From Minisyncoccota bacterium (lineage in GTDB: Bacteria; Patescibacteriota; Minisyncoccia; Phycocordibacterales; Phycocordibacteraceae), in contig DASTHB010000019.1 of assembly GCA_035718415.1 (NCBI GenBank), positions 1 to 36,776 on the forward strand: a stretch of 36,776 nucleotides of DNA. Reading direction: 5' to 3'. Each line of letters starts with the position of its first letter. Within the stretch, counting starts at the first letter, position 1. The notes beneath the pieces were generated by a model. It did not search any database. It was not told the DNA's origin and saw nothing but the letters and a program-made list of their open reading frames with translations. The position numbers and the translations under genes were made by a program. Positions 17,759 to 24,707 of the stretch are shown in pieces.

Positions 17759-18232
17759 ATGGGCGCAAGAATGTTCCGTGAACTGACAACGGGATACCTT
17801 CTTATTCTTTGCGCGCTTCTCTTGGGAGCGCTCTTCCTCATCCATGCCGCGATCCCTCGTGACGACACCATGACGATATTCCGGTCGGGTAAAGGCAAAG
17901 GAGCGCTTATCGAGACGCCGTACGGCGCTCTGCTCGTCGATCCCGGCCCCGACGCTTCGGTACTCCGTGTTCTCGGAGCATCGCTGCCTCCCTGGGAGCG
18001 GCATCTCGCCGCTATCATCCTTTCAGGAACGCCGAGCGGGAGCGCTGAGCGTCTGCTCGATCGTTATACGGCGGGTTCGGTCCTCCGATTCGGCGCGAAC
18101 GGATTGCCGTATGGGAACGAAGTTCGCTTCGCGGACGGGATAACGGTCCGCGTGGATGCGCCCGGCCTCTTTTCCGTCCTGTCCCGCGCGATATCGTCCA
18201 CTACGGACACGGGAACCTTTCTTCTTAAATGA
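17759..18232 (+). CDS. Membrane-anchored protein resembling the ComEC C-terminal metallo-beta-lactamase domain, with the HxHxDH motif lost
   Basis: The N-terminal TM helix is GYLLILCALLLGALFLI. TIFRSGKGKGALIETPYGALLVDPGP resembles the ComEC MBL start (FLDVGQGDaxLIxTPxGxxxLIDxG). The position where THxHxDHxGG is expected reads AIILSGTPSGSAE. Confidence 0.5.
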   Translation: MGARMFRELTTGYLLILCALLLGALFLIHAAIPRDDTMTIFRSGKGKGALIETPYGALLVDPGPDASVLRVLGASLPPWERHLAAIILSGTPSGSAERLLDRYTAGSVLRFGANGLPYGNEVRFADGITVRVDAPGLFSVLSRAISSTTDTGTFLLK

Positions 18233-18234
18233 AA

Positions 18235-18256
18235 AACGCCGGGATTGCCCGGCGTT
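18235..18256. terminator. Bidirectional terminator between the 17759-18232 gene and rpmB
   Basis: AACGCCGGG (18235-18243) pairs with CCCGGCGTT (18248-18256) around the loop ATTG. An A-run lies on the left, which reads as a T-run on the minus strand after rpmB. CTTT lies on the right. Confidence 0.7.
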
Positions 18257-18269
18257 CTTTCGACCCGCG

Positions 18270-18512
18270 TTAAACGCGCCCCGCCTTCTTGAGCGCTGCG
18301 TAGGCTCCTTGCTTCTTGATGGTCTTGAGGCCTTTCATCGAAACGAGGGCGATGACCGTCTTCCCGAGCTCGGGAACGTAGATGCGCCGCTTCTGCAGGT
18401 TCGCCTTCCGGCGCACCGCGCCCGTCGGATTGAACTGCGTCGCACGGGTGCGGTTAGAGTACCGCCCGCCGATCTGCGTGCTTTTACCCGTTATTTCGCA
18501 TGAGCGTGCCAT
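18270..18512 (-). CDS. rpmB: 50S ribosomal protein L28 (80 aa)
   Basis: This is the last 80 codons of track ORF 18270-19235. The sequence is MARSCEITGKSTQIGGRYSNRTRATQFNPTGAVRRKANLQKRRIYVPELGKTV. The upstream part of that ORF is antisense to the M50 protease gene. Confidence 0.9.
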   Translation of the reverse strand: MARSCEITGKSTQIGGRYSNRTRATQFNPTGAVRRKANLQKRRIYVPELGKTVIALVSMKGLKTIKKQGAYAALKKAGRV

Positions 18513-18521
18513 AGTCGTCGC

Positions 18522-19181
18522 ATGGTACCATACCCCGTAACAGACGCAAACATGCTCACCGCCCTCACGCTCATCGTCCTCGTGCTCTCCATCATCATCC
18601 ATGAAGTAGCCCACGGGTATGCGGCGAATTCGCTCGGCGACCCCACCGCCCGGCTCGCCGGACGCCTCACCCTGAACCCGGTCCCGCACATCGATCCCAT
18701 GGGATCGGTCGTCATCCCGCTCCTCCTTACGTTCACCCATTCGCCGATATTCTTCGGTTGGGCGAAACCCGTGCCCTACAACCCTTTCAACCTGAAGGAC
18801 CAGCGCTGGGGCGAGGCGAAAGTGGCCGTCGCCGGGAGCGCGGCGAACATCCTCCTCGCCGTCATCTTCGGGCTCATCGTGCGCTACGGGGTATCGCTCC
18901 CGCCCGCCGCAATAAGCCTCGCGGTGAGCATTTCCTTCATTAATCTCTTCCTCGGGGCGTTCAATCTCATCCCGATACCGCCGCTCGACGGGTTCACGGC
19001 GCTCCGTGCGGCCCTGCCTTGGAGCCTGTCGCGGAGCCTTGCGCATCTTGAAGAGCGTGCGCGCGGCGGCGGAGCCGTTACGCTCCTCGTCCTGCTCCTC
19101 CTTTTCTCGTACGTCATCGCCGGACCGTTCTACGCATTCGTGGCGTGGCTCTTCACGCTCCTTACGGGAACCGGTTTCTGA
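18522..19181 (+). CDS. Site-2 protease family (peptidase M50) membrane metalloprotease
   Basis: The HExxH motif IIIHEVAHGYAAN is followed by LTLNPVPHIDPMGS and a late NLIPIPPLDG motif, with multiple TM helices. The start could instead be Met11 (18552). Confidence 0.85.
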   Translation: MVPYPVTDANMLTALTLIVLVLSIIIHEVAHGYAANSLGDPTARLAGRLTLNPVPHIDPMGSVVIPLLLTFTHSPIFFGWAKPVPYNPFNLKDQRWGEAKVAVAGSAANILLAVIFGLIVRYGVSLPPAAISLAVSISFINLFLGAFNLIPIPPLDGFTALRAALPWSLSRSLAHLEERARGGGAVTLLVLLLLFSYVIAGPFYAFVAWLFTLLTGTGF

Positions 19182-19276
19182 CAGGCCGAGCGCCCGACAC
19201 CTGCTTCGTGCGGTATTACCCGTGGGATATGGCATCCATACACACGATGGTAGTGATATAAATCCATCTCACGGGG

Positions 19277-19282
19277 TATACT
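19277..19282 (+). promoter_or_regulatory. -10 hexamer TATACT located 8 nt upstream of the prgI-like ATG (head of the T4SS-like cluster)
   Basis: The sequence reads GGGGTATACTAATGAACG-ATG. The octamer GGTATACT also occurs upstream of dnaA. Confidence 0.45.
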
Positions 19283-19290
19283 AATGAACG

Positions 19291-19716
19291 ATGGAGTACC
19301 AAGTGCCTCAGTTCATCGAAGTCGAAGATAAGCTCATCGGACCGCTCACGCTTCGCCAATTCATATATTTGGCCGGTGCCGGCGGCATCTGCGTCATCGC
19401 GCTCCTCTATCTGCCGTTCGTCGTCGGACTGCTCGTGGCGCTTCTCGCGGGCGGTTTCGGCGCAGCGCTCGCGTTCTACAAAGTGAACAGCAAGCCGTTC
19501 GTCGAGGTCCTTGAGGACGGTTTCAATTACTACACGCGCTCGAAACTCTTTCTCTGGAAGCATAGCGGCAAGGCTGCCGCCGAGATGAATGCCGCGGCCG
19601 CGGCCGCGGCACAGTCTCCTGAGGCGCTCCGGCCCATCCGCCCGGTCTCCCGGCTCACGAGCGGCAAGCTTTCCGAGCTCGCGTGGTCGCTCGATGTAGA
19701 AAAGGGTACGCAATAA
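19291..19716 (+). CDS. PrgI-family (VirB3-like) small membrane protein
   Basis: The N-terminus YQVPQFIEVEDKLIGPLTLRQFIYLAGAGG is followed by two TM helices, as I recall for the PrgI/VirB3-like family of Gram-positive and CPR T4SS loci. It sits just upstream of a VirB4-type ATPase, and the tail contains a poly-Ala run. Confidence 0.7.
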   Translation: MEYQVPQFIEVEDKLIGPLTLRQFIYLAGAGGICVIALLYLPFVVGLLVALLAGGFGAALAFYKVNSKPFVEVLEDGFNYYTRSKLFLWKHSGKAAAEMNAAAAAAAQSPEALRPIRPVSRLTSGKLSELAWSLDVEKGTQ

Positions 19717-19717
19717 C

Positions 19718-20344
19718 ATGGCGACGGCTACCGCAACACCTACGCAACAGTTCGTTCCGGTCAAGGAGATCCGGAACGGGGTCGTCATCCTGAAGGACGG
19801 GAGCTACCGCGGCATTCTCATCTGCTCGTCCATCAATTTCGCGCTTAAGTCGGAGGACGAACAGCACGCCATCACGCTCGGATTCCAGAATTTCCTCAAC
19901 ACGCTCGATTTCTCAATTCAGATCGTGGTGAACTCTCGCCGCATGGACCTCCGCCCGTACCTTGCGCTCCTCGACGCGAAGATGTCCGACCAGAAATCCG
20001 AGCTCATGCGCATCCAGCTCCGCGAATACATGGAATTCATCCGCTCGTTCGCCGATCAGGCGAACATCATGACCAAATCGTTCTATGTCATCGTGTCGTA
20101 CGTGCCGCACATGACCGCCTCGAGCGCCATCGGCTTCTTCAAGAAGGGCGGTACGCCGCCCAAGTCGGCGACGACGTTCGACGAGGAGCGGGCACAGCTC
20201 GAGCAGCGCATGACCTTGGTGGCGAACGGGCTCGCGGGCACCGGCGTCCGGGCCGTCCCGCTTGGAACCGAGGAGATCATCGAACTCCTGTACCGCTCGT
20301 TCAATCCGGGCGAGCTCGAAAACCCTATCCGCCTCGACAAATAA
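19718..20344 (+). CDS. Hypothetical protein resembling a VirB4 N-terminal domain without an ATPase module
   Basis: It starts 1 nt after the prgI-like stop. VVILKDGSYRGILICSSINFALKS and LDFSIQIVVNSRRMDLRPYL parallel LELGEKFVRAFYTISYPRFLS and LDVSIFIHPVDTEQALRTF in the next gene. There is no Walker motif. Confidence 0.5.
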   Translation: MATATATPTQQFVPVKEIRNGVVILKDGSYRGILICSSINFALKSEDEQHAITLGFQNFLNTLDFSIQIVVNSRRMDLRPYLALLDAKMSDQKSELMRIQLREYMEFIRSFADQANIMTKSFYVIVSYVPHMTASSAIGFFKKGGTPPKSATTFDEERAQLEQRMTLVANGLAGTGVRAVPLGTEEIIELLYRSFNPGELENPIRLDK

Positions 20345-20345
20345 C

Positions 20346-22169
20346 ATGGCTCTTCTCGATTTTCTCAACAAGAAGAAGCAGAGGGACGAAAATCCGATCG
20401 TACCGGTCCTCCCGAAGGATATTTATACGCAAGGATCGCTCGATCTCGTTGATACCATCGCGCCGACGGCGCTCAAGATAGGCTCGCGAGAACTCGAGCT
20501 CGGTGAGAAATTCGTCCGCGCATTCTATACGATCTCATACCCGCGATTCCTCTCGGACAGCTGGTTCAGCCCGGTCATCAACCTCGATAAAGTGCTCGAT
20601 GTGTCGATCTTCATCCATCCGGTCGATACGGAACAAGCGCTCCGCACGTTCCAGAAGAAGGTCGCCGAAGTGCAGAGCCAGATCAACGAGCGTGAAGCGA
20701 AAGGGCTCGTGCGCGACCCCTTGCTCGACACCGCGTACCAGGATCTGGAGACGCTGCGCGATTCGCTCCAGCAGGTGCAGGAGAAATTGTTCGATGTGGG
20801 GCTCTATCTCGCGCTCTACGGCGACACGAAAGAGGAGATCGAAAAGACGGAAGGGGAGATCCGGAGCGTCCTTGATTCGAAACTCGTGTACACGAAACCC
20901 GCGCTGTTCCAGCAGGAGCAGGGGTTCCGCTCATGCCTCCCGCTCGGTTCCGACGAACTCCTCGTGAACAGCAAGCTCAACTCGTCGCCCTTGTCGTCCA
21001 TATTCCCGTTCGTCTCGTTCGACCTCACCTCCGACCGCGGCATTCTTTACGGCATCAATCGCCACAACTCGTCGCTCATCCTCTTCGATCGCTTCTCGCT
21101 CGAGAACTACAATTCCGTGGTGTTCGCGAAGTCAGGCTCCGGCAAGAGCTACGCGACGAAGCTCGAAATACTGCGGTCGCTCATGTTCAACACCGATGTC
21201 ATCGTCATCGACCCGGAGCGCGAATACGACCAGCTCGCCGAGGCGACGGGCGGACGCTCGTTCCACATCTCGCTTTCGTCCGAGCACCATATCAATCCGT
21301 TCGATCTGCCGCCCGTGCGCAAGGACGAGGACCCGAAAGACATTTTGCGTTCGAACATCATCGCGCTCGTCGGCCTCTTCCGCATCATGCTGGGCGGCCT
21401 CACGCCCGAAGAGGACGCCATCGTCGACCGCGCGATAAGCGAAACGTACGCATTGAAGGACATCACCGGGGATTCGGACTTCACCGGAGCCGAATCACCG
21501 CTCCTCTCCGACTTCGAGCAGGTCCTTTCCGGCATGGAGGGAAGCGAGTCCCTGATCGAGCGGCTTTCGAAATACACGCGCGGCACCTGGCAGGGATTTT
21601 TGAACCAGCCGACGAACATCGACATCAACCAGCAGTTCGTCGTCTTCTCGGTCCGCGACATGGAAGACGAGCTGAAGCCCGTCGCGATGTACATCATCAC
21701 GCACTATATATGGAACGCCGTCCGCCACGAACTGAAGAAGCGCCTCCTTATCATCGACGAAGCGTGGTGGATGATGAAAAGCGAAGATACGGCATCCTTC
21801 CTCTATTCGGTGGCGAAGCGCGGGCGTAAGTACTATCTCGGCGTTCACACCATCACCCAGGACGTCGAGGACTTCCTGAAGAGCCCGTACGGCCGCCCCA
21901 TCCTCACGAACTCATCGCTCCAGCTTCTCTTGAAGCAGTCGCCGACCACGATCGATGTGCTCCAGCAGACCTTCAATCTGACCGATGAGGAAAAATACCT
22001 CTTGCTCGAGGCGGGCGTGGGGGAGGGTCTCTTCTTCGCGGGCCTCAAGCATGTCGCTATCAAGATCGTCGCGAGCTACACCGAGGACCAGATAATCACC
22101 TCCGACCCGTCCCAGCTGCTTGCGATAAAGCAGGAGAAAGACCGCCATGCCGCGCAAGCCGAGCAATGA
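20346..22169 (+). CDS. virB4: VirB4/TrbE/TraC-type type IV secretion ATPase
   Basis: Internal Met (MALLDFLNKKK) of track ORF 20262-22169, starting 1 nt after the upstream stop. Walker A is FAKSGSGKSYATK and Walker B is RLLIIDEAWWMM. VIDPEREY and HTITQDVEDF are also present. Confidence 0.88.
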   Translation: MALLDFLNKKKQRDENPIVPVLPKDIYTQGSLDLVDTIAPTALKIGSRELELGEKFVRAFYTISYPRFLSDSWFSPVINLDKVLDVSIFIHPVDTEQALRTFQKKVAEVQSQINEREAKGLVRDPLLDTAYQDLETLRDSLQQVQEKLFDVGLYLALYGDTKEEIEKTEGEIRSVLDSKLVYTKPALFQQEQGFRSCLPLGSDELLVNSKLNSSPLSSIFPFVSFDLTSDRGILYGINRHNSSLILFDRFSLENYNSVVFAKSGSGKSYATKLEILRSLMFNTDVIVIDPEREYDQLAEATGGRSFHISLSSEHHINPFDLPPVRKDEDPKDILRSNIIALVGLFRIMLGGLTPEEDAIVDRAISETYALKDITGDSDFTGAESPLLSDFEQVLSGMEGSESLIERLSKYTRGTWQGFLNQPTNIDINQQFVVFSVRDMEDELKPVAMYIITHYIWNAVRHELKKRLLIIDEAWWMMKSEDTASFLYSVAKRGRKYYLGVHTITQDVEDFLKSPYGRPILTNSSLQLLLKQSPTTIDVLQQTFNLTDEEKYLLLEAGVGEGLFFAGLKHVAIKIVASYTEDQIITSDPSQLLAIKQEKDRHAAQAEQ

Positions 22170-22746
22170 GCCGCCGCCGAAGGTGATGACCTGGCGGAAA
22201 GCCATGCCCGTCATTCTCGTCGGGTTTGTTTTCGATGCTCTCCGTTTCCTGTTCGAGTGGTTCATCATCGCCGGTCCGGCTATCGGCGCCGCGTTCTGTT
22301 CCTATATCGTCCAGTCCGATAACACCATACTGAACGCGGCAAAGGTCGCATCATGCACCGTCGGCGCTACTGCCGTCGGTATCGTCGCGGCTCCGGCGAT
22401 CGCCGGCTTCGGAGTCATCATGGCCATGGCGGTCGGTTTTCTCGGCTGGTTCTTTATCGGAGGATATCTTTTCATGACCAATCGCCGAATTTTCAAGGAA
22501 AACGCCCTCTGGTTCGTGCTCAGTCTTGTGGTGAGCGAGGTTCCGCTTCTTGGTTCTGTGCCGGCTATCTCGATCACGCTCTGGAAGATGTACCGGACCC
22601 AGATACGGACCGAGCTCGCAGCGCGGAAGCGGTATGACGAGAAGCGGGCTGCGGAAATGGCGCGTCTGGCTCTCGAGAACGCCGCCGAAGCCCAGTACGC
22701 GGCGCAGGCCGCCGAAATCCCCGAAGGGGCGGCACAACCGGCATAA
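22147..22746 (+). CDS. Hypothetical polytopic membrane protein (4-5 TM helices plus an Ala/Glu-rich tail)
   Basis: It overlaps the virB4 3' end by 23 nt, with an alternative start at 22186. Hydrophobic blocks are PVILVGFVFDALRFLFEWFIIAGPAIGAAF, GATAVGIVAAPAIAGFGVIMAMAVGFLGWFFIGGYLF and LWFVLSLVVSEVPLLGSVPAISITLW. Confidence 0.6.
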   Translation: MPRKPSNEPPPKVMTWRKAMPVILVGFVFDALRFLFEWFIIAGPAIGAAFCSYIVQSDNTILNAAKVASCTVGATAVGIVAAPAIAGFGVIMAMAVGFLGWFFIGGYLFMTNRRIFKENALWFVLSLVVSEVPLLGSVPAISITLWKMYRTQIRTELAARKRYDEKRAAEMARLALENAAEAQYAAQAAEIPEGAAQPA

Positions 22747-22763
22747 CCGAGGCCGTTCTGCTC

Positions 22764-22769
22764 TATACT
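22764..22769 (+). promoter_or_regulatory. -10 hexamer TATACT located 6 nt upstream of the ATG at 22776 (possible internal promoter of the T4SS-like cluster)
   Basis: The sequence reads CTGCTCTATACTGAAGCC-ATG within a 29-bp spacer. Confidence 0.4.
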
Positions 22770-22775
22770 GAAGCC

Positions 22776-23765
22776 ATGCGACGGCATGTTCTCTCCCTCG
22801 TTCTTCTTCTAGGCATCCTGCCGGGCCTCGCTTCCGCGCAATCGCTCGACCTCGGGGTAAGCGGCGATGCATTCTCCATCTCCGTATTTCCGACACAGCT
22901 CGTGCCGGGGGGCACCGCGACCTTGTCGTTCGTTTCAACGGCCATCGATCTCTCGAGCGCGACGCTCCGGGTGACCGCGAACGGGAGGGAAGTCTATGCG
23001 GGCACCGTGCATGATGTCGACATCGCTCTTCCGAAGGCAGGGTCCGTCACGACCGTCACGGCGACGGTCACCGCGCGCGGTGCGCCGTATACGAAAACCC
23101 TCACGCTTCAACCGCAGGACATCCTCCTTATCGTCGAACCGATCTCGACAGCGCCGGCGCTCTACCCCGGCAAACCGCGCGTCCCGCTTGCCGGCGCTTC
23201 CCGCATCGTCGCCATGACGAGTTTTCGGACCGCCGGAGGGTCGGTCATCGGCCAATCGTCGCTCGCCTACACCTGGACCGTGGACGGGACGAGGATCGCG
23301 AATTCCTCGGGCATCGGCAAAAGCTCCATCATCGTGGCCTCGCCGCTCCAGTACCGCGGTCGAACCGTTTCCGTGGCCGTGTCGACCCAGGATGGAAAAC
23401 TCACGGGCAACGCCTCCTTGTCCATCGCTCCGTACGAACCGACCGTTCGGCTCTATGAGAATGATCCTCTGCTCGGCATACGCTTCGACCGCGCGCTCCC
23501 GGATGCGTACGCGGTCGCCGGCGCGGAGGCCGGGCTTTTCGCAGTCCCATTCTCGTTCGCGAGCGACGGCCATGCACCTTTTATCGAGTGGTTCTTGGAT
23601 GGGGCCTCAGCGCAAACGGGGAACAGCATCACGCTGCGTCCGGCGGGATCGGGAGAAGGAAGCGCCTCATTATCAGCGGTCGTCTCGAAAGGGGAAGCTC
23701 GAGCGACTGACAATCTGCAGATCATTTTCGGCCGAAAATCGGCCCAGAATTTCTTCGGCCTATGA
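22776..23765 (+). CDS. Secreted hypothetical protein with about three beta-sandwich-like segments
   Basis: The Sec signal peptide is MRRHVLSLVLLLGILPGLASA/QS. The sequence is rich in Thr/Ser/Val/Ala, with alternating patterns typical of Ig-like folds. I recognise no family. Confidence 0.6.
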   Translation: MRRHVLSLVLLLGILPGLASAQSLDLGVSGDAFSISVFPTQLVPGGTATLSFVSTAIDLSSATLRVTANGREVYAGTVHDVDIALPKAGSVTTVTATVTARGAPYTKTLTLQPQDILLIVEPISTAPALYPGKPRVPLAGASRIVAMTSFRTAGGSVIGQSSLAYTWTVDGTRIANSSGIGKSSIIVASPLQYRGRTVSVAVSTQDGKLTGNASLSIAPYEPTVRLYENDPLLGIRFDRALPDAYAVAGAEAGLFAVPFSFASDGHAPFIEWFLDGASAQTGNSITLRPAGSGEGSASLSAVVSKGEARATDNLQIIFGRKSAQNFFGL

Positions 23766-24706
23766 AAAAACATCTCATCGTCCTCATCGTCGCCGCGTTC
23801 TTCATCGCCGTTCCGCACGTTTTCGCGCAAGCGGACAATTTCGTGCCCCTCGCCCCGATCTCCGGGCTCACCGACCTTCAGCCGGCTGGCGATAATGTTC
23901 TCGCGACATTTTTCAATAATCTGTATAAATTCCTCATCGGTATCGCTGCCTCGATAGCCGTCATCATGATCATATGGGGCGGTTTCGAATATTCGACCCA
24001 GGACAGCGTTTCGAAGAAGGGAGACGCCAAGAAGCGCATCTATCAGGCACTCTTCGGGCTGCTGCTCGTTCTCTCTCCGGTGCTGGTATTCTCCGTCATC
24101 AACCCGAGCATCCTGAATCTTTCGGTCGGTTTAAAAAAGATCGATCTGACGGTTCCGCAAACGACAACGACAACGAATCCGCGCCCTCCGGTCCAGACAC
24201 CCTCAGGATGTTTGGTGTCCGGGAGTAGTGGGACTGTGCTGCAATATGCGATATGCCCTTCTTCGGATGCAGCAAAGCTTTGGGGTCAAACCTGCACCGA
24301 TAATTTGTCGTCAGTCTATCCCTACACCACGGCGGGGGGAGGTCAGACTTCGCAATATCTCATATTCTGTAGTACGAAAACCGAGTATGTTTTCATTGAA
24401 ACCGTTGGTACGTTCTTGGGAACAATTGAAGGGCTCCAACCATTGGCTAAAACCGACAGTAATCCGAACAATGCCAGCCAAGCGATACAATTTGCGAATC
24501 TCTGCAAGGCAGTCGGTCCTACGTGGGCGACTTGTGTAAGCGACTTAACGGGAACGAGCTTCTCCGTTCCTTGCTCGCCGCCCCCATCAACGCTCATTCC
24601 AGCGGGTCAAGGAAGCGGCAAATGCTATAAAGAAACGTTGACTTGTTTTCAGTCCGCATTGGGCGCTCGGTGCAGCAAAAGTCCGAACTGGGCTCCTTTC
24701 AATTGA
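23762..24706 (+). CDS. T4SS-pilin-like (VirB2/TrbC-type) protein fused to a Cys-rich C-terminal domain
   Basis: The start overlaps the upstream stop (ATGA at 23762-23765). The signal peptide is MKKHLIVLIVAAFFIAVPHVFA. Two hydrophobic helices follow, LYKFLIGIAASIAVIMIIWGG and ALFGLLLVLSPVLVFSVINP, which is the layout of CPR T4SS pilins. A Thr/Pro linker (TVPQTTTTTNPRPPVQTP) leads into a domain of about 165 aa containing 10 Cys. Confidence 0.65.
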   Translation: MKKHLIVLIVAAFFIAVPHVFAQADNFVPLAPISGLTDLQPAGDNVLATFFNNLYKFLIGIAASIAVIMIIWGGFEYSTQDSVSKKGDAKKRIYQALFGLLLVLSPVLVFSVINPSILNLSVGLKKIDLTVPQTTTTTNPRPPVQTPSGCLVSGSSGTVLQYAICPSSDAAKLWGQTCTDNLSSVYPYTTAGGGQTSQYLIFCSTKTEYVFIETVGTFLGTIEGLQPLAKTDSNPNNASQAIQFANLCKAVGPTWATCVSDLTGTSFSVPCSPPPSTLIPAGQGSGKCYKETLTCFQSALGARCSKSPNWAPFN

Positions 24707-24707
24707 T

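Noticed and set aside
18513-19235. The upstream 241 codons of track ORF 18270-19235, and likewise the upstream extensions of 17149-18018, 12756-13460, 12942-14840, 27060-28556, 20262-22169 and 899-1876.
   Set aside because: In each case only the part downstream of an internal Met matches the protein family (L28, SOD, HIT, RecJ, DnaA, VirB4). The extension overlaps a neighbouring real gene or promoter region.
19591-19610. A tandem (GCCGCG)3 repeat with nested GCGGCCGC sites.
   Set aside because: It lies inside the prgI-like gene and simply encodes a poly-Ala run (AAAAAAA). It is too short to call a functional repeat or contingency locus.
22147-22746. Calling the 199-aa polytopic membrane protein a VirB6/TrbL homologue.
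   Set aside because: Position and topology are suggestive, but it is much shorter than canonical VirB6 proteins and I recognise no motif. It is left as hypothetical.
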